64,000 bases of DNA, taken from Rhynchopus sp. YZ270_cl-10 (Eukaryota). The position numbers and the translations under genes are program-made. The DNA lies in the NCBI GenBank assembly GCA_964035575.1, contig OZ037833.1, positions 2,356,001-2,420,000 on the forward strand. Direction: 5' to 3'. The notes below the pieces were generated by a model. That model did not search any database. It saw only the letters and a program-made list of their open reading frames with translations, and was not told where the DNA came from. Below, piece by piece: positions 23,657 to 35,402 of this stretch; position 1 is the first letter of the stretch; each line of letters starts with the position of its first letter.

Positions 23657-26050
23657 ATGCACCCTTCCCCCACTCCATAGCAGTCTGTATATTATTATCC
23701 CTCGGGACTGTTTATCAACCAATTGTGCACAACTAAGGGGTGACCCTAGACGCATACAAGACTCGAAAACACCCCCATTTGCATTTTTGGGCTCTCCCCC
23801 TAAGCCCAGGTACTGGGTTTGCAATAAGAAATCAGAATTATGTCTTTGGACATAGTTCCAACCAAGAATACCCAGATAAGAACTCATCTTTGGTTTAAAA
23901 GAAAAATTCTCCGCCATGCCGGTTCATGTTAACTCTGGCATCACATAGAGGCGTGTAGTATTCGTTCAACAAAATGTTGTATCAGTTTTTGCAGAAAAAT
24001 ACAGATATTACACGTAACCCGCTCCCAATAGTACCTCCTCCCCACCCACCCTTCACCAACTAGTACAACAGTAGCCCCACCCATTCCGCTTACGGTACAC
24101 TGTTAGGTTAGGGTTTTTGTATTTCAACTTTAATTTTGTTGCGGCTGCATTTGCGTGCAGCTTCCCTTGTGTGTATGTCGAGACAATGCCTTCACAGCTC
24201 GGTAACTGCGGATTCTCTTCCGCAAAGATGATTGCATCTTCGACTTCACACTTACGATTTTTTGTTTCTTTTTTATTGTGCGTCTTGCAGGGTTCTAGCT
24301 TGGTTTTAGGAAAAATAATTTCAGAAGTGGATTGCTTTTCGTGAAGGTGGGTCTGCTGGTTCTTTACTGCAGAAGATTGCTTCGTGACCTCTACGGGTTG
24401 TTTTCTCCATTGACAGCTTGTGGGTTATGACTGAATACCTCTTACGGGCGGTCTGCCCTCAAGCCCCCTTTGGAAGAAACACTGAACCGCCATACATTTT
24501 TTTTCCTCCAAAATCCATAGTTCACTGACCCAACGAAGCTAGCCCCTGCTTCTTGTCTTGCCATACTTTATGTTAACTTTATGCATATTCCACCGCCCCC
24601 TTCCACCCTGGCAGGTTTCCTTCGGATTTCCAGAAACAAAATAAATGCTCCACCCTGCTCAGATAATTTCTCTGTGAATCCGATAACTCCACCTGCTTCT
24701 TGCGATTTTGGCTTGTCAATGTTCCCCCGCTCATTGGCAATCGCCCCCCTTTTTTTGTACCCTTTTTGTTATTCTAACAGTAGCAGAAAAGAGTGCTACT
24801 TTCCGATTTTCATATGTAAATATGATGAGTGCGATCCTTGCCGTCACGCATGAGGTAGTGAATAGCAACGTATTGAACAAGATAAAACAATAAGCACACG
24901 TTTCCTTTATTGACCCTAGTTTCGAGTGTGAAATGTTTCCCCATGTATTGCACGGGACACAGTATGACAAACAGATGCAGGGTTCCTTTTGTGTCTCCCA
25001 AAAACCAAAATTGTTATGTGTGAAGTTTTGAAGGAAGGAAAAATATAATTCCGTACCTTCGTACAGTGCACGCGGTAATTATGTCGCCTTTATTTAGGTC
25101 GGTTTTAATGATGTCGTTTTTTGTGTGTCGGAATCGAAAAAAATGACCGATTTTCGATTTTTGGGCTTTATTTATTTATTTATTTTCAGTTTGGCCGGGG
25201 GCGGAGCCCCCGGCCAAACGGTACGCTACATTTGGAGTGGGAGTGGGTGTGAGTGTGAGTGAGTGGGTGGGAGTGGGCGCGGAGTGGGTGTGGAAAAAAT
25301 ATTCCAAGTTCCAAGTCCTCGTAGCTCTGGCAGCCGAAGTCGTTCCCGCCATGTCAGTGAGCGTACGAAGGTCCTCATTGGACAGGGATGCCTTCACGGC
25401 GGTTGAAGGGGTGATGTTGGCCTCCGCCGTTGCACTTGCAACCTCCTGCGAAACCAGGTGAGCGTCCATTAGTGTATGTTTAGGTTATGAAACTGGGTAT
25501 TGTTTTGTGGGAGGAATGTATGTGTTTGTGTGGTTGTGACTCGCGAAGCGAGCCACGGTACGATGGAGCGATTAATAGCGCTCTTGATTTTGGCGGTTTT
25601 AATAATGTCGTTTTTTGGGTGTCGGAAGGGGGGTAAACCGACATAATTAAAAACGACATAATAGAAACTTGGACTGTATTCTTTTTGCAGATTTTCTGAA
25701 GAAGACTGGTTTTCCCATTGTGAAATACAAACCCCCGTTTCTTTTTTTTTGCTGCTCGCGTGCCAAGGTTTTAACAAACTGGATGTTTCATCACGCATTT
25801 TCTACCAACATTGCAACACTTTGAAGATTCTCTTTTTCACACCTTTTGTTGTCGTCCGCAGGGTTGTGCTTCCTCTCTTCGTTGACCGCAGCCACTAAGG
25901 CTTTTTGACTGAGGCGCACGTTCTACTGGGTGAGGGAAAGGGATCAAAAGGAAAAGCCAAATGGTTTGCATGGAGATCACACGAAAAAAAAAAAAAGCAA
26001 GGTGACTCCCACGTTGTCAATTTATCAAAAAAAATAAAAACTTCACCATA

Positions 26051-26598
26051 AAGGGGTGCCCCGTCGATTATTTACCTTTTGAAAAGGTAAATAATACATG
26101 GAGGGTAAATAATACAATATTTGGACTTTATTAATTCAAAAGGTAAATAATATACGGTTTGACCTATTGCGGGTAAACGGTCCTGTTTTCGATGCACACC
26201 CACTAGACCCCCGACTCACTGCACAACAGATTTTCACACCCCGCCCTTCCCCCTCCCCGGAACCCCTCTCGCCGTCATGTTGAACGCCTCGACCCTTGCA
26301 GAGCTGAACCACCAGTGGGATGAGGTGCGCCGTGGCCGCTGCGAGGTGGTCGTCGGCCTCGACGAGGCAAGCGTGGCGAGCCTGGACCTGGACGTTGAGA
26401 GCTTCAGCGACACGTCCAGTGCCTCAGAGCTTCACCCAAAAAAAGCGGGGCGGAAAATTAATTAATTAAATGCCAATTCAAAAGGTAAATAATACACGAA
26501 AGGTAAATAATACAATGTTTGGCATTAAAAAGGTAAATAATACACGAAGGTAAATATTACAAAAATTCAAAAGGTAAATAATCGACGGGTCCCCCCTT
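26051..26598. mobile_element. MITE with ~33-bp TIR and AAGGTAAATAAT subterminal repeats
   Basis: AAGGGGTGCCCCGTCGATTATTTACCTTTTGAA / TTCAAAAGGTAAATAATCGACGGGTCCCCCCTT, TA-flanked, with a GC-rich coding-like remnant at 26277-26440. Confidence 0.78.
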
Positions 26599-26940
26599 TA
26601 TTATTTTGTTGGTGCCTGCGACAGTCCATTTACTTTTTTTTTTACTTCTCCGACCAGAACGAGGTCTCCCGTTCATGAAGGGCGCATCGAACAAATCTGT
26701 GACGGGATATTTGCGATTTTTTTTTTGAGTGCCTGCTTACATATTTACTGTAAACAACACACCGCACAGGGGTTCGATAAACCACGAAGTGTCGCTAGCT
26801 GTGTGTGTTTTTTTTTTTTAAATCACTTTTCTCGCCCCCCCCCTTTTTTTTTTTTTGTATGTGTTCAACAGGCTCTCCGCTAGGATTTCCGATTTTGAAA
26901 ATATTCTGTTGATGGTCCACGTTGGTGGGGTACATGCTTG

Positions 26941-28759
26941 CGCCGCAGGCGCACGGTACGCAACTTTTTTTTTTACCAACGCCCGATTTTGACTTTTTTG
27001 GGACGTTTGAGCACTCACCTCTCCATATCTTCTTCTCCTGAGCTTTTTTGACAGGTAGAACGGGTCTGAACCACTTAGCAGAACTTTTTTTTCTTTCTTT
27101 TTTTCCCCATTTTCAAAAAGTTCTGTTGACAATCAACAGAACTTTAGTACCTAGCGGAGTGCCTGGTGTTCAAGAACTTTGTTGTCAGACCGGCCTTGCC
27201 GCCACATCCTGGTAGGGAGTTGTGCTGTCTGTATACTACTTTGGGATACTCATGTTGTGTTTTTTGTTTATTTTGTTATTTTCCTTTTCTTTGTAATTTT
27301 ATTCTCCTGGTACGGGTCATCTGGGCAAGCGTCGCTCAACCAATGATACGTGGACGCCGTTTTTTATTACGCCAGATACAAGTTAGAATATCACGTTTTC
27401 GTTTTCTTTTCAGCTGATTTTCCTTTTCTAGCGTTTGTCGACCAGTGGTTGTTTCTCGGTAACTGATCATTATTTGAATTCACCACGACTCTTTGGTCCC
27501 TATTCATGTCGGTTCTCGGTCCTCGTACTTTTTAGGGCTACGTGCTTTATATACTACTTATATGTAGTTATGTATTTTCCAAGTGGACCCGACTACCCGA
27601 TGTTTTACATCATTTTCTTTTACTTTTAATCCTACCTTTTAGCGAAAAACACTCCCACCCTCCCCAATACAGAAATCTGTTTTTGTCCCCAGACTGCCCC
27701 CCTGTTTTGGATACGGAGTGCCTTTTGTTTTAAATAAAAAGTAATTTAGGGAAAACAAACTTCTCGTCTGCGTGCGCGTCGGGACGTCCCCCAGAAAAAC
27801 CCAGGCAGGCAGGCAAAAAAAAGTTTGTTTTAAAAAAAAGTTTTTTTCAAATTGTCCTTCTTTCATGGAGTGAGAACAGGCTTCGCGCTAACTTTTGGGG
27901 GAAAAATCTGAAAAATCGTGTTTTGTATTTCCGAGCCAATCCCGTTCTGTGGTGGGGGATATACGGAAACATGGACACAATTTTAGTGACTTAAATTTTT
28001 ACAAAATATGAACCCATACTCGTGAGCAAGGGTCATTTTCAGGACTGAAAACCCAACTTCAGATCAAATTATGGTGTTTTTGACTGGGAACAGGTAGCGC
28101 CGCAGGCGCACGGTACCCAACTTTTTCCTTTTCTTCCCCTTTTTTCTGCTTTCTTTTGATTGCGCGAGCCGATTGCTCTCCACGGTGGGGTCACATGTGT
28201 GTACAAAAATACACTGAAGTACCCTTACTAGGAACTACGAGATTCCTCTGGTTTTAGTAAGGATACCGCATTTCCGAACCAATCCCGGCTTATGGTGGGG
28301 GATATACGGAAAAATGGACAAAAATTCAGTGACTCAAATTGTCACAAAGTATAAACCCGTACTCAACAAGGGTCATTTTCAGTCTGAAAATCCAACTTGG
28401 CATGGAATTGTAGTGTTTTACTGGAAACACCAATGTACTGAAGAAAGCTATGGTATTGTAGTGATGGCGGTGGGGGTTCAGTGACCACAGAGAAGAGCGA
28501 AAACGAAAACCCAGGACGGTTATGTCCTCGGAGGGGGTGCCCTCACACAGCGAGGGTGGAGACGGTTCAGCAGCTCATTATTCGCTGCGGAGCAGGTTTG
28601 CAGGTGTGCCCTATGGTGTCCTAATCGATCTTTATCCGTGAGGGTGAAGGGATGTGGAGTCGTACTCAAAAGAAAATGAACACTGTACATAAATAAGTAC
28701 ACCATGTTTAAAAATAAAGGAGGGTAGGGGACAGGTAGCGCCGCAGGCGCACGGTACCC

Positions 28760-28793
<34 letters not shown>

Positions 28794-29114
28794 CACTGTA
28801 ACCTACCATGGTAGGCGTGACGCTGACTACGCGGTAGTTATTGGTAGCCGCGCCACTGGTACTGCCTCTTGCTTAGTTTTGTTGTTGTGCTACTTAGCGG
28901 GGTTCCACACTGCGACGGGGCAGGGGGGACAGCTTCCCTTTTCCTCTTGGAGACACAGTCCGCACACCTCTCCCCAAGGTGTGGCAGAGCCTACTGACTC
29001 TGGGCTGACGACAAAAGGGGACATGCCCTCAAAGAAAAAAGCTAAAAAATTTGGGTTTTTTTTTTGTTTTTGTTTTTTGTTTTTGTTTCTGTTTCTGTTT
29101 CTGTTTCTGTTTCT

Positions 29115-29146
<32 letters not shown>

Positions 29147-29390
29147 TTACTTTTTTCTTTTTTTATTTTCCCTTTTCTCTGCCTTCTTTTGATTGCGCGA
29201 GCCGATTGCTCTCCATGGGAAAATTTTTTTGGGGGAGACGGGGGTAGCAGGGGGGTCGGTATTCGCCTTTCCACAGAAAAAACTTTTTTTTTGAAAAAAA
29301 GTTTTTTTCTGAAAATCTCAAAAAAACCCAGGCACGCAGGACGCACGCAGACCGAAAGTTTGTTTTCCCTTATTGCTTTTATCTATTCAA
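26941..29390. repeat. repeat-rich degenerate transposon mosaic
   Basis: Direct repeats ~27927-28090 and ~28270-28430; CGCCGCAGGCGCACGGTAC at 26941, ~28097, ~28738 (also ~63776); inverted similarity between ~27730-27780 and ~29340-29390; long T and TGTTTC runs. Confidence 0.6.
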
Positions 29391-29513
29391 AAAAAATATT
29401 TATTTATCAAAAACCCCCTTTTTTTTTTTTTTGTTAAATCGGGTCGATGGTTTTGGTTGAGGTCCGTGAGTTCGGCTGAGGCCTGCATAAAAGGATCTTT
29501 TCATTTATAAATT

Positions 29514-29929
29514 CACGGATCGGAAAAGTACTTTGCCCAAAAGTAAAGTACTTTTCCAAAAAAAAAAGTACTTGAAGAAAAAAAAGTACTTTTTTTTTTT
29601 CTGTGCAAAAATTGTACGGAGGAAAAAAAAAAAAGTACTTTTTTTTTTCCCGTCAAAAATTGTACGGAGAAAAAAAAATAAAAAGTACTTTTTTTTTTCC
29701 AGTGTTCTAAATTTTTTGTACAGAAAAAAAAAAAGTACTTTTTATTTTTTCTCTCCGTACAATTTTTGATGGAAAAATAAAAAGTACTTTTTTTTTTTTC
29801 AAGTACTTTTTTTTTTCCTGTACAATTTTGATGAAAAAAAAAAAAGTACTTTTTTTTTTCGAAAAGTGAAAAAGTACTTTTTTTGACCAAAAAATATCAC
29901 TTTTTAAAAAAGTACTTTTCCGAACCGTG
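29514..29929. mobile_element. MITE built from AAAAGTACTTTT palindromes (probable 8-bp TSD, hAT-like)
   Basis: TIR CACGGATCGGAAAAGTACTTT / AAAGTACTTTTCCGAACCGTG; flanks TATAAATT and TATAAATA. Confidence 0.78.
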
Positions 29930-30941
29930 TATAAATATAATTTCAAAAAAGAGGGAAGCAGTCCTCGGGTGAGTGGCGACACCTCCCTAGCTATCTGAAG
30001 CAGAAGCAGAAGTCATACCAAGGCTTTGCGACTGATCATGTAGCATCTTTGCTTGTCTTTTTTGACTCTCCCCCTTTCTTCGTCTCTTCCCCAGTTCTTC
30101 TCTACTTCAGAGGGCAGACACGACGCAAAAAGACGATGTGCGTCTGTCTGTACCTTCCTTAGTTCAAAGGCTTCCGCCTTGTTGATGCAAAAAAAAAGCC
30201 CAAAGAGACGTTTTGCGGCCTCAAAACCGTAGCCTAAAAACAAACCCCTTGCGACAGGAAAGCAGTACCGGGATCCATCAAATTTGTACTCGGTCTTTTT
30301 GCTCGATTTTTGTTTTAATGAATTCAAAAACTTTACTCTGAATCCATTAAAACAAAAATCGAACAGAACGTCCTAGTACATATTTGATAATATCCAAATA
30401 GTTGCTGAGGTTACCTTTCAGGTGGGGGGGTTTATGGACTGACCCAAATGTTAAAAAAAATAAAACAAAAAAGAATGTAGTGGAGCTCATCTTCGGGTGT
30501 ATCTACACTAATACGCAACAAAGTTTCGACTTTTGATATTTTTTTTTTTTCAATAATCACTTCCCAAGTTCTCCCCAATATTTCACTTTTCCCTCCATAT
30601 TTTCCCTCCACATCCTGCATAGTTCATGCGGATAAAATGCAAAAAAAATAGCAAAATTTTGGTATCATGACACGCTGCTTGGGCACAGCCTAAAAATGTC
30701 CTGTGCCTCTTGGTGTTCGTTGGGGATGGGCAACCACCCTGATGTGGCAGCGAAAAAGTACAACACCAACGAAACGACAACCCCCCTCCTGCCTTATCTC
30801 GCCTCGCATGATCTTCACTCCTTTGCATCTCGCCCCCTCCTTCCTCCAACGGGTCAATGGAAACTTTGGGTGTTTCCATTTGAGATAAGTTTGTCGGGTT
30901 TTTTCGCAATGCTTCTACAAAACTCAGACCTACACGGGAAA

Positions 30942-33900
30942 ATGGCGCACAGATGGATGGTGGTTGCAGGCTTTGTGGGGATGGCGTCTGCAGTGTGCAC
31001 AACGTCATCGCGGGCAGGGTATACATGCATGACGACCGCAGGGAGTGTTGTTGTGCACTACCAGCTGGCAGCGGATAAGGCGTCTGTAAAGCTTGCGGCA
31101 GAGGCGACGACTGTGGGGTACTCTGCTTTGGGGGTGGGGTCGGGGATGACGTCGTCAAAGATCGTTTTGGGGTACGTCTCGAATGGGCAGAGCACGTTGA
31201 ATGCGTTTACTACGTCTTCCAGATCTGTTAGTGGTGTGCAGCAGGGTATTGTCGGGAGTCCGTCGTGGGCGTCTGCGATGACGGTCTCGGAGACGGGAGG
31301 GAAAACGGTGACCGCATTTACGTACAACATCGCGTCGGGTGGGGGCATCAGTAACACTGCTGCTGCGCCCTTCGTGTGGGCGGTGTCGGCGTCGGATGCG
31401 TTGGTGCAGCACTCCGGTAGAGGGTCCACTACTATCAACCTCGACGAATCCATCTCAAACCCCATCACCGCAGCACCGCCCATCACTCCGCTTCCAGTCG
31501 CCGCCACCCTGACACCGCCAGTTACCCCAAGGCCGGTGGTTGTGACCCCCACTCCGCCAGTCACCCCGACCCCACCGGCTGTGACACCGCTTCCGTTGGT
31601 TCCGACACCAGTGGCAGGGGTGGTGACAGGGTGTACAGCATCGACTCTGACTGGTTACAGATGCCAGACCACCCCAGTGAGTGGTGTCACCGTGCACTAT
31701 CAACTCTCTGCGGACAGGTTGTCTGTGAACTTTGCGGTTGTCTCCAGTGCAGGAGGGTATGCGGCGCTTGGGGTAGGGGCTGGGATGACCAGCTCGCATA
31801 TCATGCTAGGGTATGTCACGTCTGGGGTGCCCACTATCGAGGCCATTGCAACGAGTGCAATGACGGTGGCGGCAGTGAACGCAGGTATCCTGAACAAGGC
31901 CTCGCTCGCATGGCTGTCGGGGTTCTCTGTGTCGGAGGTAGCAGGGCTCACCACGACACGGTTCACATACGCCCTCTCGGGGGGGAAGATTGCGAGCACC
32001 GCCTCCGCACCGCTTGTCTGGTCAACGTCCGCAGTCGACGGCATCGTGCAGCATTCTTCCAGAGGAAGACTCACAGTGAACCTGGACGTTTCCCTGGCCG
32101 TTGTCGGCGCTACACCCATCCCCTTTGTACCGGTCCCAACACCACCCGCCACTCCCACTCCAGTGAGCGGACCTACCATACCCGTGCCACCCACCATCCC
32201 CGTGCCACCCACCGTCCCCGTTCCATCCGGGTGTGTCACGTCTCCTCTCACAGGGTTTGCCTGTATGGTCTCCTCCGGAGGGGTGACCCTGCACTATGCC
32301 CTCTCAAGCGACAAGACTTCTGTCAAACTTGCCTTAGAAGCAAGCACGACAGGGTACGCAGCGTTGGGTGTGGGCACGAGCATGACCACTTCTCACATTG
32401 TGTTGGGGTATGTGGGCAGCGCTGCGATCACGCAGGCGTTGACTGCGTCGGGGCGGTCTTTGAGTGCAGTTACCTCGGGCATCATGAACAAGGCTTCGGT
32501 GTCGTACATGCGTGACTATGCTGTGACGGAGAGCAATGGGAAGACCACAACGTCGTTTACGTATTTGATGTCGGGTGGGAAGATCACGAATCAGGCGCAG
32601 GCGAGTTTTGTGTGGGCGACTACGCCGCAGGACGCTGTTGTCAAGCATACGGCTACTGGGGCGCTGACAGTTAACCTTGCGGGCACGACTAGTGGAACAA
32701 CACCCACAACGCCAGGGACATCACCAGTGGTGACACCCTTGCCCGCTACCACGCCGACAGGGACTACGCCAACCACTTCGTCCAATGGACAGTGCACCCC
32801 AAGCACGCTGCTCATCCCGAACGGTGGTGGCGCCACCTACGCGTGCACCGCAACCCTCGACACCACAGCGTCGCTCCACTGGACGCAGCTCGGCAGCCAG
32901 CGCCAGCTCGCCCTGCAGTGCTCCACCTCAGGGTGGGTCGGGTTTGCCTACCCAGACAGCCCAGGCTCCATGGTATGACAAATTCTCTGAGCTGTTCAAA
33001 AGCTCCACATTTTTAGCACACATTGGAACTGACATTGTCAGACCCCTTGGTGTTGGTACCAAGAATACACTAAGGAATTGAAAGATGTTCAGCACGAGAG
33101 GGTTGCTGAAGGTGACATTATGTTGCCTACGGGCCTCTATCTTTGCGTGCAGATCAAGCTATGCCTGGTGTTCTGCACAGCAGCTCTTCCGAGCCTTCAT
33201 CTGTTTCGAGCACTGAGCCCATCTTGCCTCATCTTCCCCACAAACTACGAATGGAATTTGTATATTTTGATATTTTCTTCACCGTTTATTGGAACTACCG
33301 TATTAACCCTTTATGGACCAAGAGGATATATATCCACGCAAATGCTTAACATGGCTTCTACTCGGACTTTTTCAGCGATTTTTTTTTTAGTGGAAAGATT
33401 TGATGTGAAATCTTTCCAAAGAAGCAAGATTCAATTTATTTTGACACTCTCATACACTGTCACCAAATCGAGGCATTTTCAAATTTTCGACTTTTTCGGG
33501 TATATTTTGGGAATAATGTACTGTTCTGACGAGCTTGAGTCATCAGAGGATTCAAACTTTGGTGTGTAGGGAACCATTTTGTACGGTTTTCAGAACAACA
33601 CTAAAATAATGGAAAATATCTGCGACTGGGCAAAGTAACACTCGTCGTAGCAGTTCCTGAGCCTGAACTGGCTGTGCCTCTTCTCCGTGTATTTATTGCC
33701 CTTTGTCTTTTGAGGGACATTGTACAAAAGAAGCTGTATCAACACAGTCAAGGTACAGAGACACTGGCAGGAGGGTGTTGGTCGACAACTTCTTCTTGCT
33801 TGGGAAACAGGCGGCTAAAAGCAGATTACATGTGCGGGGGATGCGGCGTTCAACACCAGGCCAAGTTGGCCAAAAGTCCCAAAAGCCCCAACTTTTGTAC

Positions 33901-35402
33901 TGTCCAACGTCTGTACAATTACGGTATATTTAGTTGGTTGGTACCTTCTCTCCCTGCAGTGAGACTTATCTACTAGGACTTTTTGATCAATTTTTTTTTC
34001 TTTTGAAAGATTTTGAACGATCTTTCAAATAAAGCCATTTTCGAATACCGAAAAAAACAGGTGCGCAGCCGGAATAATTTTTTTCTTCAAAATTTTCAGG
34101 AAAAAATATCAGCTCTCCTCAATTTTCCATTTTCCAGTTTTCTCATTTTATTTCGATTTCTGCTCCATTTGAAAGATCTGCTCAAAATCTTTCAATTGCG
34201 GCCAGGTACGATCAAAAATATGCATCGGATCTCATTTTACCTATGGGAGAGACAATCATAGCAAATCGCAAAATACGGCCGTGGTCCATAAAGGGTTAAA
34301 AAAATAGTGAAGACCGGAAATGGCACTACAAACTGGAATATCCACTTTCAACCAAAACAACACTGCATCATGTACACACACCACACTACACCACTACAGG
34401 GACCAGGTGCAGGTCTCCTCTCCTCCTCCTCCGGTACAGCCAAATACTCTATTGGTGGAGGCAAGTCCACGTCAGATGTGCAGCAGTCTACGTCGGTGCT
34501 ACCTGTATGGCCTCCTTCCCCCCGCGTACCCCTACCATCCCTTATCTCATCAGACCGTCTCGGGGCTTGGTGTTGAGAGCGTGAACGGTGCGAAGGTGAT
34601 GTACTGGACAGAAGGGGCAACCACATCGTCACGTGGTGGCAGCACCCTGCAGACGACTGGAGGGAATGTGGACTTCAACTATGCGTACCACACCTCATCG
34701 CCTTCACTGACACAGCACAGTGTTGGTCGCAGTGTGAGGCTGAACCTATTGTCTGGTGGCACCGAAGACACAACAGACCGCGAAAACAAACAGAAGGTGA
34801 AGACCCATGCGGCATACCAGGTTATGGTATGGGCGTTTGTCATGCCGATTGGGATTTTGGTGAAACGTTATGGCCCGACCTTTACGGATGCGAAGGTGAG
34901 CACGTTCCCTATTCCATTCTTGGTGCACGCATTGCTCATGGTTGTTGGCATTATTCTTACGATTGCAATGGCGATTCTTGCGTTGGTGAAGTTCAATGGT
35001 GGAACGGAGCATGCACACAAGGAGATAGGGATTGCGATTATGGTGGGCTGTGGGTTGCAGATTGTGATGCAGGTTGCTAAACCTGATGCCGAGAGCTCCA
35101 AGAGAATTGTGTTTAAGATTGTTCATATGTGTGTTGGTATTTTGACAATGATTCTGGCCATCACAACGCTCTTCACGGGCGCAGAGAACTACGAACGGCT
35201 GTACCCAGACGACGACGAGTTTGCGTCAAACATCCGCATCACTGTGATTGTCGCCATGATCGTCTGGTTCTTCGTTGCCGTCATCCTCGCAATTGTCACA
35301 TACATGAAAAACAAAAAGGAGAAACAAAAGAAGAAGCAGCATGAACAAGAAATGGAACGTGCAAACCAATACCAAGAAGGCAAGGTGCGGTACACACTGT
35401 AG
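30942..35402 (+). CDS. DOMON x4 + cytochrome b561 protein; exons 30942-32972, 34400-34504, 34554-35402
   Basis: Paralog of the 15269 gene. Four DOMON repeats and a b561 His set (THA, VHAL, AHKE, VHMC). Introns 32973-34399 and 34505-34553 sit at homologous positions; the last exon is 849 nt, as in the paralog. Confidence 0.85.
33307..34295. mobile_element. non-autonomous piggyBac-like element inside intron 1 of the DOMONx4 gene
   Basis: Perfect 14-bp TIR CCCTTTATGGACCA / TGGTCCATAAAGGG with TTAA on both sides (33303-33306, 34296-34299); no transposase ORF. Confidence 0.85.

Noticed and set aside
22546..23673. Long minus-strand ORFs (e.g. 22546-23673, 41246-42013, 49846-50613, 57484-58317, 13315-13983)
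   Set aside because: They are antisense shadows of GC-rich + strand CDSs with no recognisable domains.
26761..26800. tRNA-like GGTTCGA motifs (26771, 53175, 63978)
   Set aside because: No cloverleaf (acceptor, D and anticodon arms) can be built around them.
29029..29982. Lys/Phe-rich ORFs
   Set aside because: Translations of poly-A/T tracts and AAAAGTACTTTT repeats.
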